This document shows positions 10,568 through 20,678 of a DNA stretch of 64,000 nucleotides, piece after piece (positions within the stretch are counted from its first letter, which is position 1; every line of letters begins with the position of its first letter). The stretch is from an uncultured Candidatus Rokubacteria bacterium. Its GTDB lineage: Bacteria > Methylomirabilota > Methylomirabilia > Rokubacteriales > DASRDR01. The stretch spans positions 32,001 to 96,000 of the forward strand of contig CAVPSB010000031.1 in assembly GCA_963708025.1 (NCBI GenBank), in the 5' to 3' direction. The notes under the pieces are model-generated. The model was given only the letters and a program-made list of their open reading frames with translations. It made no database searches and was not told where the DNA came from. The translations under genes and the position numbers were made by a program.

Positions 10568-11677
10568 ATGCGCATTCTATTCTGGGTGGATGCTTTCTAT
10601 CCGGGGATCGGAGGAGTGCAGGTCCTCGGGACTGCGCTCGTGCGTGCCCTGCGGCGACAGGGGCACGAACTCCTCGTCTTCGGCGGACCGTACCTGTCCG
10701 ACCGCGCCGATCCGGATGTGTTTGATGGAATTCCGCTGTATCGGTTTCCATTCGAGTACCTCGTACACCCTCATTCGCCGGAGATGATTGGGCGGATCAA
10801 GCGAGAGCTGGCCGGTTTGCTCCACGCGTTCAAGCCGGACCTGGCTCACATCTTTCACGCGTCTACGGGGTTTGTTCTTTATCTTGAATCCGCGAACGCC
10901 GCGCCTGCGCCAACACTCTTGACCCTGCACGGAAATCCCCTCAACGCGACGCCGCCGATCAACGCTGCACGCCGGCGCTTGCTTCGCGAGGTGGATTGGA
11001 TTGCATGCTGCTCCGAGGCGCTGCGCGCCGAGATGGTCCAGCTCGTCCCCGAGATCTGGGATCACTGCTCGACCGTTTTGAATTCTCTCGAGATGCCTCG
11101 GGAACGACCCGAACCTTTACCAATTGCCGAGCCGCGGATTGCCTGCATCGGACGACTGGATCCGCAAAAAGGATTTGATTTCGCGCTGGACGCCTTTGCG
11201 CTCGTCGCGTCCAAGTTCCCGCGCGCCAGACTGGTCGTCGCAGGGGACGGACCCGAACGCGCAGCGCTGGAAGCGCAAGCTGATCGGCGGGGGATTCAAG
11301 AACAGGTAGATTTCTGTGGTTGGTTCCCTCCGCCACGTGTCCCAGATCTTCTGAATCAAGCCGCGCTCGTCCTCATGCCTTCGCGATTCGAGCCGTTCGG
11401 GTTGGTCGCGCTCCAGGCGGCGCAAATGGGGCGTCCGGTAATCGCGTCCCGGGTCGGAGGGCTGCCCGAAGTAGTCGTGGACGGGGAGACGGGGCTCTTG
11501 GTAGACCCTGAAAATGTCCCCCTGCTCGCGCAGGCTATCGAGTCGCTCCTCGCGCAACCGGACCGCTCCGTCGAGATGGGGGCGCAAGCACGCGCGCACG
11601 CCGAGAGGAACTTTTCCTGGGACCGCTTTGTCGGACACTATGAGATGCTATACAAAAGGCTCACTCTCTCCCTCTGA
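10568..11677 (+). CDS. glycosyltransferase family 4
   Basis: FYPGIGGVQ, GRLDPQKG and EPFGLVALQAA motifs. Confidence 0.93.
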   Translation: MRILFWVDAFYPGIGGVQVLGTALVRALRRQGHELLVFGGPYLSDRADPDVFDGIPLYRFPFEYLVHPHSPEMIGRIKRELAGLLHAFKPDLAHIFHASTGFVLYLESANAAPAPTLLTLHGNPLNATPPINAARRRLLREVDWIACCSEALRAEMVQLVPEIWDHCSTVLNSLEMPRERPEPLPIAEPRIACIGRLDPQKGFDFALDAFALVASKFPRARLVVAGDGPERAALEAQADRRGIQEQVDFCGWFPPPRVPDLLNQAALVLMPSRFEPFGLVALQAAQMGRPVIASRVGGLPEVVVDGETGLLVDPENVPLLAQAIESLLAQPDRSVEMGAQARAHAERNFSWDRFVGHYEMLYKRLTLSL

Positions 11678-12798
11678 TGTCAACTCTTGACGGCGCGGGC
11701 GCTGTCCCTCTGGCAAATGCGCTCGCGCAGTTATTGCCCACGGCGGACGAGACTTTGTTTCTGCGGGCATGCGTTGACCGGGGCCCGGCCGGCGCGTCGG
11801 CCTGGCGCACGTGGCGCTCGCGGCACTCGCTTGCCGCTGAGCTGGAACGCGGGCGCGGCGCGTTCAAGCATCTGGTCCCTGTGTTAGCTTTTGCGCTCGA
11901 ACAGAGTCGAGCCGATCTCGAACCGTCCGATTTGCCCGTGCTCCGCGCCGCGCGCTTGCGCGAAGGGCTGCGCAGTCAGAAGTACTGCGAAATCCTACTG
12001 GAAGCGCTCGCGGGGCTCGGACCAAGTCCGGATGCACTGCTGCTCAAAGGGGAGGTACTCTCTCAAACCGTCTATCCTGCCGCGGGCTTGCGGCACTCGC
12101 ATGATATTGACGTCCTGATCCGAGGGTCAGATTTGGAACGGGCGGTTGCGGCGTTGAGGCGTTCTCGATTTCAACCGCAAGGCGAAGCATACCGGCAGAG
12201 CGCGGACGATCGCACGCTGGTCCATTCGAGCGGCCTGCCCCTTGAACTGCATACATCGCTCTTTGCGCAACCCACAGGGACATCCTTTACAGAGCAAGCG
12301 CGGGCGCGCCGCGTTCAAGCGGTTATTGAGACGGGTGGGGAGGGTCGCCGTGAGACCCGCGTGCAGACCCTCGCGCGTCCGGATGCCCTGGTGCACGTGC
12401 TTGGACACGGGTTCGATGCGGGGCCGCGCGGGTCATTGATGTGGGTGAGCGACGCGTATTTCTTGATTCACAACACGCCCGCGTTGGATTGGGGCGAGGT
12501 GTCGGCCGGCGCGGTCCGGGCGCAACGAGGACTCGCACTGTACTTGACGCTGCGCTATCTCCGGTCCGGGCTCGATGTGCCTGTGCCTGTAGAGACAATC
12601 GGACAATTACAATCCGCGGCACAGGATGCCTCGTATGTAGAGTATGGGCGGGCGTTGTCGGTGCTGCGGCGTAGTGGGCGAGGTGGATATCGCCGGCTGC
12701 TCGCGCAGACCGGCAGCGTCCGCGAAGGCGTGATTCTGGCGCGGTGGATGGTCCGGCGTCGCAACCTGGCCGCGGTCCGGGCGCGCTGGGGTTTGTAA
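11677..12798 (+). CDS. uncharacterised nucleotidyltransferase family protein (NTP_transf_5-like)
   Basis: LLKG..L...YP..GLR...DIDVL and LELH motifs. Confidence 0.82.
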   Translation: MSTLDGAGAVPLANALAQLLPTADETLFLRACVDRGPAGASAWRTWRSRHSLAAELERGRGAFKHLVPVLAFALEQSRADLEPSDLPVLRAARLREGLRSQKYCEILLEALAGLGPSPDALLLKGEVLSQTVYPAAGLRHSHDIDVLIRGSDLERAVAALRRSRFQPQGEAYRQSADDRTLVHSSGLPLELHTSLFAQPTGTSFTEQARARRVQAVIETGGEGRRETRVQTLARPDALVHVLGHGFDAGPRGSLMWVSDAYFLIHNTPALDWGEVSAGAVRAQRGLALYLTLRYLRSGLDVPVPVETIGQLQSAAQDASYVEYGRALSVLRRSGRGGYRRLLAQTGSVREGVILARWMVRRRNLAAVRARWGL

Positions 12799-12980
12799 AG
12801 ATGAGTTACCTAATGATGGTCCTGTAGGGCGCAAGAACCGCATCACGCTGCGTGCTCATAGACACAACATCGATGCTGACGGCAATCAGTTCGACTTCAC
12901 AGTGGCTCTCGGCGGGAGCACGGTCGGCTATCGCACCCCTAGCCGGACCGGCGCAGCTCACCCAGCGTGCGGGGCCTGAC

Positions 12981-13129
12981 GGGATCGGACATTCGGGCCT
13001 CCTCCGGCGCCCCGGTCGGGGGCGCTCGCCTCCATCCTACTCCACCAGTCCGGTAGAATGGCGCGCGAGGAGGCGGGGACGATGACGGCGTGGACGATCC
13101 TCGTGATGGCGAGCCTGTGCGAGGTGGTG
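12981..13129 (+). repeat. direct-repeat copy of the promoter and first 16 codons of the SMR gene at 35069-35218
   Basis: Near-identical sequence including CCACCAGTCCGGTAGAATGGCGCGCGAGGAGGCGGGGACGATGACGGCGTGGACGATCCT. Confidence 0.92.
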
Positions 13130-13287
13130 TCGACGTGCTGGCGTGCCCTCGCTGTGGCGGGCGGCTGCGCGTGATCGCCACGGTCGAGGACCCGCTCGCG
13201 GTACGCCAGATCCTCGCCGCCCGGCGTCCGGCCGAGACGCTCAGGCCTGGCCGCCGGCCCCGGCCGGGGCCCCGCCATCGCACCTGA
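13127..13287 (+). mobile_element. IS91-family-like transposase 3' remnant
   Basis: VDVLACPRCGGRLRVIATVEDPLAVRQIL resembles the C-terminal CPxCGG tail of IS91-type transposases. Confidence 0.65.
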
Positions 13288-13565
13288 CCTCCGCCGACTG
13301 AGTGCCGCCTCGTGCGACGACGGATGAGAAGTCTGCGCCGGGTTCGCTGAGCTGGCAGGCGCCCCCGGAGGGCAACGACCAGGCGGTTGAGTAAGGGACT
13401 CGAACCCGCGATCGAGCCGCGATCGCGCTGTCGCCTGGCGTCTCAGTGTGCTGCATGCGATGAAGCGTCGAAGCCGCGGGACGCCGTCCACACGTCGGAC
13501 CGGCCCGCGAGATTTCTGGCCCCGCCCTACGGCCGTTCGACATACCATGCAGGGCGGAGCTGATC

Positions 13566-15392
13566 ATGAATCCGACCACGAGGAAGACCCCTCGGGCGCT
13601 CGAACGGCAGGCCGCGGCGATCCGCCGCCTCGAGGTCCGCGCCCAGCGACCGAGCAGACGGGAGCTCCTGCGGGCGGGAGCCCTCACGGCCGGGGCCGCT
13701 CTGATGTCGCCGGCGCTCGCGGCGGCTCTGGCACCGCCCAAGACCGTGGCCCGCAACCGGACGCTGGTCGTGGTGTGGGGAGGCCGCGAAGGGCGGTGGG
13801 TGGACCACGAGCTGTGGAACCCCTACGCCGTCGGGTCCAATCACCAGAACGGACCCGGCCTCCTCTACGAGCCCCTGGCGTACTACAGCGCGTTCGCGGA
13901 CAAGCAGCACCCCTGGCTGGCCTCGAGCCACCGCTACAGCCTCGACGCCCGGGAGCTGACCATCAAGACCCGGCCCGGCATCAGGTGGAGCGACGGCGCA
14001 CCATTCGGCGCGGACGACGTGGCCTACACCCTGAACAGCCTCCGCGACCTTGGCCCCAAGGTGAGATGGGGCGTCGACGTCCAGCAGTTCATGCAGGAGG
14101 CCCGGGCCACGGATGCGAGCACGGTCGTGGTCCGGTTCAAGGTACCGGCGCCTCGGTTCTTCCACTTCCTGACTTACAAGTACGACATCGGCGTCTACGT
14201 CGTGCCGAAGCACATCTTCCAGGGCCAGGACTGGACCACGTTCAAGCACTTCGATCCGGACAAGGGCTGGCCGGTCACCACCGGCCCCTGGAAGGTGGCC
14301 TTTGCCTCGCCTCAGCAGAAGGTGCTCGACCGGCGAGACGAATGGTGGGCGGCGAAGGCCGGTCTCGCGCCGATGCCCAGGGTCGAGCGCAACGTCTGGC
14401 TCCCGTCTGCCGGCGAGCAGACGGTCGCGCAGGCGCTCATCACGAACCAGATCGACACCGCCATGTCCATGCAACCCAGCACCATCCAGACCATCTTCCG
14501 GCAGAATCCCCGGATCATCACCCACACGGGCGAGAAGCTGCCCTATGGCTACATGGATTGGTGGCCGTATTCCCTGTACGTGAACAACGAGCGGCCGCCG
14601 TTCGACGACAAGGACGTCCGGTGGGCGCTCAGCTACTTCATCGACCGGCAGCGGGTCGTCGAGGTCAGCTTTGCCGGGGCCGCGGAGCCGTCGCCCCTTC
14701 CAATGCCCTCCTACCCGGCGCTGCGTCCCTACATCGACTCGGTCAGGGATCTCCTGGCGAAGCACGACACGCTGGAGTTCAGTCCCAAGAAGGGCGAGGA
14801 GATTCTCGTCAGGAAAGGCTGGAAGAGAGACGGCGTGGGCTTCTGGGAAGACGCCCGGGGCAACCGCCTCACCCTGGATATCATCGGATTCGGGGCGAGT
14901 GGCCCCGCGACGGGGCCCGTGGTGGCGGAGCTGCTGAGGCGCCAGGGCGTTGACGCCCGGTTCAGCCTGCCGCCGGATTTCGACGACCGCTTCCAGAAGG
15001 GTCACTACGCCGGCGCGATCTACGGGCACGGCGGGAGCGTGAACGACCCGTACCACACCCTCCGGCTCTACCAGAGCTCAACCGTGGCGGTGCCGGGCGG
15101 CCACCTCGTCAACTTTTCCCGCTGGAAGAACGCAGCTTACGACAAGATCGTGGACGAGGTGTTCGTCACCAGCATGAGCGACAGGACGAAGCTCACAGAG
15201 CTGTTCCGCAGGGCCATGGAGATCTGGATTCCCGAGCTGCCCGACATCCCGCTGACGTACAACTACCACCGTATCCCGATGAATACGAGCTACTGGACGA
15301 ACTGGCCGACCGAGCAGAACCCCTACGTCAACGGCGCGTCCTGGCACTTGACGTTCGCCATGGTGCTCTGGAGTCTCCAGCCGACCCAGTAG
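13566..15392 (+). CDS. ABC transporter substrate-binding protein, family 5 (Tat-like signal), no adjacent permease
   Basis: SRRELL twin-arginine; motifs RWSDGAPFGADDVAYT and PPFDDKDVRWAL. Confidence 0.9.
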   Translation: MNPTTRKTPRALERQAAAIRRLEVRAQRPSRRELLRAGALTAGAALMSPALAAALAPPKTVARNRTLVVVWGGREGRWVDHELWNPYAVGSNHQNGPGLLYEPLAYYSAFADKQHPWLASSHRYSLDARELTIKTRPGIRWSDGAPFGADDVAYTLNSLRDLGPKVRWGVDVQQFMQEARATDASTVVVRFKVPAPRFFHFLTYKYDIGVYVVPKHIFQGQDWTTFKHFDPDKGWPVTTGPWKVAFASPQQKVLDRRDEWWAAKAGLAPMPRVERNVWLPSAGEQTVAQALITNQIDTAMSMQPSTIQTIFRQNPRIITHTGEKLPYGYMDWWPYSLYVNNERPPFDDKDVRWALSYFIDRQRVVEVSFAGAAEPSPLPMPSYPALRPYIDSVRDLLAKHDTLEFSPKKGEEILVRKGWKRDGVGFWEDARGNRLTLDIIGFGASGPATGPVVAELLRRQGVDARFSLPPDFDDRFQKGHYAGAIYGHGGSVNDPYHTLRLYQSSTVAVPGGHLVNFSRWKNAAYDKIVDEVFVTSMSDRTKLTELFRRAMEIWIPELPDIPLTYNYHRIPMNTSYWTNWPTEQNPYVNGASWHLTFAMVLWSLQPTQ

Positions 15393-15456
15393 CCGCATCG
15401 CGCAGGTCCACCCGCGCCATGCCGCACCGAAGACACGGTCACTCCGTGCCAGCCGC

Positions 15457-17125
15457 TCATCCTGCCTCCACCGGGACGCCCACCTCCACGCCGCGCGCCC
15501 GCAGCTCCCGCGTCGCGGCGACGAGGTCGGGCCACGCGCGGAGTAGCGCCCCGTAGCCGCGCACGAGCTGCTGGGCGAACACCTGCGCCTCGTCCAGGGT
15601 CCGCTGGCCGGGCGCCGCACCCGGGCCGCCGTAGTGCCGTCCCTCGGGCCCCGCGACCTGGCGGCTGACCACCAGGTCGCGGGGGACGAAGAAGGCGTCG
15701 GTCCGCAGCGCGTCGCGCACGGCGGCCACATGCTGCCGGACGTCCTGGGCCCAGTACGCGGGGGCGTCTCCGTGCTCGCGAAGCAACGCCTCCAGGTGCT
15801 CCAGGTAGCGGGCCTTCTGCGCGAGGAATCGGGTACGGACGAACGTCCGGAAGTCGGGGACCGGCAACTCGCCCAGGGACACGAGGTGGGCACCCAGCGA
15901 GCGCAAGCGTCCCTCGGCATCCGCGCCAGGCGGCGGGGCGTACGAGCGGACGCAGTGGACCATCAGCTCCCCGCTGCGGATCCACGCGGCGGTGCGGGAG
16001 ATGTCCTCGCGGGACCATCGGCGGCCCTCGTCGCTGTCGTGGAGTGCGGCCCAGGGAAGGTGGGCGAAGTAGGCGTCCTCGAAGCACGTGCGCAGCGCGA
16101 TCCGGAAGACGCCGTCCTCGTAGCGCTGGACGGGCATGAAGGGCGGCAAAGGAACGCGGTTGTCGAGGCCGAGCAGGGTGGCCTGGCAGAATCGCCCGTC
16201 GGTGATGGTAGGCCGCGGCACCACGCGCAGCACCTGGCGCGACGCGCAGGCACTCAGGTACGCGGCTTCGGTGCTGGTGAAGCGCTCCCGCGATCCGCCC
16301 GTGAGCAAAAGGAGCCACGTCGGCGAGTACCAGCCGATGTCACCGAACAGGCCGGTGAACGTGATTCGCACCTGGCCGCCGCGGGCGACCACGCGGTCCA
16401 GGAGCTCCGGCGCCCAGCGATCCAGTACGAGGGGCTCGCCCGGAGACCCCCGACAGGCACGCTCCCAGGTCGCGGCCCAGCAAGGGCTCGTGCAGGGCGA
16501 GCGCGTCCATGTCTTCGCAGTGGATCGCGCGCTCCAGCACGGCGCGGTCGCCGAAGAACCAGAAGTCGGCCGGGTTGTAGTTCCCGTAGCCGTCTCCGCG
16601 GCCGGAGAAGAGCTCCAGCCCCCGTGTGCGCGCAGGGGATGGGGCGAGCGCACAGACCACGTCGTCGTCCACGCTCAGGAACGGCTCCCCCGCGTTGGCG
16701 AGCAGGAGCGCGTTCCGGTTCGCCCCCGCCGCGAATCCGCAGCCCATCACGTCCAGCACCCCGAAGCGGGCCACGTCAGGATCGATTCCCAGGCGCGCCA
16801 GCCGGTCCACGAACGTCTCGCGCTCGCGCGGGCCCAGGTAGCGGATCTCCAGTGGGTCCGGGTCCGCCGCACGTAGCGCCGCCAACGCCTCCCGGCACGC
16901 GGCCTGCGTGGTCGGGGCCTCCGAGTTGTCCGCCACGACGAAGCGCGGGCGCCGCCCGTGCCGCCGGGCGTTCTCTCGGAAACTGGCGAGCGCGCGGGTC
17001 ACGCTCCCGACGCGATCGCGGGTGAGCAGCCCAACCACGGACAGGGGTGGCAACGGCTCCGCGGGGCCGATCTGGGCCTCCAGGCGCGTCCGGACTTCCG
17101 CCGCCGTCACCCCGCCTACCCTCAT
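15457..17125 (-). pseudogene. GT-A-fold-like hypothetical protein split by a frameshift near 16445
   Basis: N-terminal half (TRDR, VVADNS, GANRNALLL, SVDDD) continues in another frame (GLDNR..LPPFMP..RYEDGVF); the switch lies at a G5 run. Confidence 0.6.
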
Positions 17126-17427
17126 GCGATCGCCCCGGTCATGGCGTAGTCCGGACGTGTCACCGGCTCCGCTCGGACACCTTCCCGGCCGGACCCAAGG
17201 TCATGGCCTCAGGACGCTGCTCATCGAGAGCGCCAGGCGCGATCCCACTCGGCACGCGCGAGGCGAAAGAAGCGGAGCCCACCATGCACCGCATTCTACT
17301 CCGGCGCCGCGTGCAGGGTCGAGGCTGAGCCGCGCCTTCACGGGAATGGACACCGGAGCCGGCGGTGGTGTTCCAACCGCCAAGGCGCGGCGGGTTGGTA
17401 CGACAGGTGCTGTATAGTTGGGGCACG

Positions 17428-18426
17428 TTGAACAGCTACTTCCTGGGCGTCGATGTCGGCGCAACCAAGACCCACGCCTTGCTGGCGGAGGCGTCCGGAA
17501 CGGTCGTCGGCTGCGGCGAGGCCGGTCCGGGAAACCCGTTCCACGTGGGCCACGACGGCCTGCTCCGAGCGATCGCGAGCGCGGTGGAGCAGACGCTCCA
17601 GAGCGCAAGGGTCTCGAAAGCGAGGGTCCGAGGCGCCGGCTTCGGCATCGCCGGCTACAACTGGCCGTCCGAGCACCCCGCCTTGTCACGGACCGTCCAG
17701 GCTCTCGGACTCTCGGCCCCCGTGCACATCGTCAACGACGCGATCATCGGCCTGCTCGCGGGCGCTCCGGCGGGTTGGGGGATCGGACTCGTTGCGGGGA
17801 CCCATTGCAACTGTCGCGGCTGGGATCGCGAGCGGCGAGAGGGCCGTGTCATCGGCTTCAAGATGGGCGAAGCGGCCGGCGCCAAGGCCCTCGTCCAGCA
17901 GGCGGTCTATGCGGTCGCCCGACACTACACGCGCCGCGGCCCGGAGACCGGTCTCACCGCCGCCTTCGTCGGCGCCGTACGGGCTCGCGGCGTCGACGAC
18001 TTGCTCGAAGGGCTGACCTCGGGCCGCTATGCGCTGACCGCGTCCGCGGCGCCGATCGTGTTCGCCGAGGCGGAGCGCGGGGATCCGGTGGCGGGGGAGC
18101 TGATTCGGTGGGCGGGTCGGGAGCTCGGCAGCCTGGCCACCGGTGTCGTCCGACAGCTTGGTCTGGAGGCGGCGGCGTTCGACCTGGTCCTCATCGGCAG
18201 CCTCTTCAGGGGCGGCCCGCGCCTGATCCAGGCCGTCGAGAAGGCCGTTCGCCCGGTCGCCGCACACGCTCGCCTCGTCAGGCTGAAGGCCCCGCCGGTC
18301 GTGGGCGGGGTGTTGTTGGCGATGGAACAGACTGCCTTCGAGCGCGATCGCGTCCACGAAGCCCTCGTCAGCGGCAGTCTCGCATTCGCCGCGCGCGAGC
18401 CCGCGCCGCCGAGCAGCCACGGTTAG
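17428..18426 (+). CDS. BadF/BadG/BcrA/BcrD-type ATPase (N-acetylglucosamine-kinase-like)
   Basis: LGVDVGATKT, FGIAG, VNDA and LVAGT motifs; TTG start shortly after TATAGT. Confidence 0.85.
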   Translation: MNSYFLGVDVGATKTHALLAEASGTVVGCGEAGPGNPFHVGHDGLLRAIASAVEQTLQSARVSKARVRGAGFGIAGYNWPSEHPALSRTVQALGLSAPVHIVNDAIIGLLAGAPAGWGIGLVAGTHCNCRGWDRERREGRVIGFKMGEAAGAKALVQQAVYAVARHYTRRGPETGLTAAFVGAVRARGVDDLLEGLTSGRYALTASAAPIVFAEAERGDPVAGELIRWAGRELGSLATGVVRQLGLEAAAFDLVLIGSLFRGGPRLIQAVEKAVRPVAAHARLVRLKAPPVVGGVLLAMEQTAFERDRVHEALVSGSLAFAAREPAPPSSHG

Positions 18427-18436
18427 CGGTGTAAGC

Positions 18437-20212
18437 GTGACCACCCCCAGCTCTCGCGACTCCGTTCGCGTCATCGACGAGCTGGGAATCTCCTACAGTC
18501 CGTCCGTCCCCGCGCCACCTTCGCTGCGCCCCTACGTCGTCAAGCCGCTCGATTCCGGCCTCCTGGTCTTCCGGCGAGACCAGGACCACCGGGTCATCCA
18601 GTGGGTCTCGCTGACGGATGACTCGTCGACCACGCTGGACGAGGCGCACTGCGAGCCTCTTCAGGGCGCGCTCACGATCGACGCCGACCGCGAGGGGATG
18701 CTCTACGTCCTTTCAGAGCGGCTCCGGTGCCTCACCATCCTGGACGCCCGCGGCGCGACGCAGAGCGTGCTCCCGTGGCACCTGCCCGGCGACCCCATCT
18801 CGATACACTGCCTCGACAACGGATCCTTCCTGATCGGCACCTGGAAGCCGGGCGGCCTCCACCTGCTCGACCGGCGGGGCGACGTGCTCTGGAACTGGTC
18901 GCCGGGCAGCGCGATCCTGACCGAGGCCCGCGCGGCGTCGTCGGGTCCCGGCGGCACGTACTACATCGCGGACGCGGGCCTGCATCGAATCATCGCCATC
19001 ACCCACAGCGGCCAGGTGGTCCGTCAGTTCGGGATCGCCGGCTCACCGGGCTACGGGCCGTGCCGCTTCGCCAACCCGTCCATGCTCGAGGTGGATGAGG
19101 ATGGCGGGGTGCTCGTGTGTGACACGCGGAACCACCGCGTGGTGAAGATCGCTGCCGACGGCTCGATGGCCTGGGAGTGGCCGCGACGTGATGGTGCGAC
19201 TCGCCGGCCGACCCAGCTGAGCATGCCCTGGTGCGCCAGGCGACTACACGACGGCGGCCTCGTGATCGCCGACACGTACAACTTCCGCGTCCTCCAGCTC
19301 GACGAGAACCTGGAGATTCTCCGCGCACTAGGCTGCTGCCCCATCAGGGAGCGGAGCCTGTCGCTGCCTCGGTCCGTTCAGCGGGTGGGACGCGGCCGCT
19401 ACCTGATCGCCGACACGTACAACAACCGGGTCGTGGAGATGGACCGCCGCTCGCGCCTTCTCTGGCAATTCGGGAGCGGATCCTCCGAAGACCTTTTTTG
19501 GCCACGGTGCGCGTTCCGCGTCGCCGACGGCCGAACGGTGATCGCCGACAGTCGCAACAACCGGATCCTCTTCGTGGACGGGCCCGGGGGCGAGAAGGTC
19601 ATCAGTGAGGTCAGACGTGGCGCCGAGCGCTCGAACTTCAGAGATCCGCACGACGTCCTGCCGACGCCCGACGGACACCTCATCGTGGCGGACACCGGGA
19701 ACAATCGCATCGTCGAGCTCGGTACGGACGGCGCGTGGCGGTGGACCTTTCCTTCCCCCGCCGAGGCCGCAGAAGGCTGGCGATTGTCGGATCCCCACAA
19801 CGTGAGCCTCGACGACAACGGGCGCCTGCTCGTCTCCGACACCGGCAACGACCGCGTCCTGGTGCTGGAGCGCTGGTCGGGGCGGATCACCGAGCTCAGG
19901 TACCTCTTCCGGCCCGACGGCGGTGTCACGACCCTGAAAGAGCCACGGGGTTGCAGCTTCAACTTCGGCCACTACTTCATCCTGGACTCGGGCACTCCCC
20001 GGGTGATCATTGCCGATGCGCGGCATCGCATCGTGTGGTGCTGGAACGGCTCACTGGGAACGAGTCCGCTGACGCAGGTCCTCCGGCCTCCGCGCTGGAT
20101 GACCGTCCTGTCGCCACGACGGCTCCTGTTGACGGACAGCGTGAATAGTCGCGTAGTGGTTCTCAGGCTGCCCCGGTGGTGGGCATCGAGTCCCCACGCC
20201 GTCTCGGCGTGA
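18437..20212 (+). CDS. NHL-repeat beta-propeller protein
   Basis: Repeated L/F..P......G...IADTxNxRV units. Confidence 0.8.
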   Translation: MTTPSSRDSVRVIDELGISYSPSVPAPPSLRPYVVKPLDSGLLVFRRDQDHRVIQWVSLTDDSSTTLDEAHCEPLQGALTIDADREGMLYVLSERLRCLTILDARGATQSVLPWHLPGDPISIHCLDNGSFLIGTWKPGGLHLLDRRGDVLWNWSPGSAILTEARAASSGPGGTYYIADAGLHRIIAITHSGQVVRQFGIAGSPGYGPCRFANPSMLEVDEDGGVLVCDTRNHRVVKIAADGSMAWEWPRRDGATRRPTQLSMPWCARRLHDGGLVIADTYNFRVLQLDENLEILRALGCCPIRERSLSLPRSVQRVGRGRYLIADTYNNRVVEMDRRSRLLWQFGSGSSEDLFWPRCAFRVADGRTVIADSRNNRILFVDGPGGEKVISEVRRGAERSNFRDPHDVLPTPDGHLIVADTGNNRIVELGTDGAWRWTFPSPAEAAEGWRLSDPHNVSLDDNGRLLVSDTGNDRVLVLERWSGRITELRYLFRPDGGVTTLKEPRGCSFNFGHYFILDSGTPRVIIADARHRIVWCWNGSLGTSPLTQVLRPPRWMTVLSPRRLLLTDSVNSRVVVLRLPRWWASSPHAVSA

Positions 20213-20678
20213 CACAGTATCGGCCTGCGTTCCGGCATCGGTTGCTCTCGCGCGCCTGATTCTCGGGTGCGCGGCGGGGAAGACCAACACGGTCGTCACG
20301 CGGGAGCTCACGTGACGAAGCAAACCGTGGTGAAGTGGCGGAGCCGGTTTGTCCCGAAGTGACTCTTCCGGCGTACCGGCGCCCGCATGCCGGCCGCGGC
20401 GGGCGCTGCCCGTTGCCGTCTCTCCCGCCAAGTGTCGCAGCCAGGTGCCACGACCTTGACACCGCCCGCGCCGGTCGCGCAGCATCGGAGCGGAGGGGGC
20501 TTTGTCCGCCAGCCCCCCTGGGGGGACGGCCGAGAATGGGCCTTCATGTCGCCTAGCCTCACCTCAGGAAGAAGTTCGGGGCGATCTACCGGGGCGAGCG
20601 GAGGCGGATTGTCCCGGCGGCAGGCGGGAATGGACGGCGCGGCCGGTCGAGCCGGTCGAAGCGCCAGGGAGGTCGATC

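Noticed and set aside
6011-12798. Canonical lasso peptide or PQQ cluster
   Set aside because: No cyclase, B2 peptidase, pqqB/C/E or separate precursor was seen in the window.
13385-13412. tRNA T-arm-like sequence (GGGTTCGAGTCCC on the minus strand)
   Set aside because: Only a 3-bp stem and no cloverleaf; cannot support a tRNA or att site.
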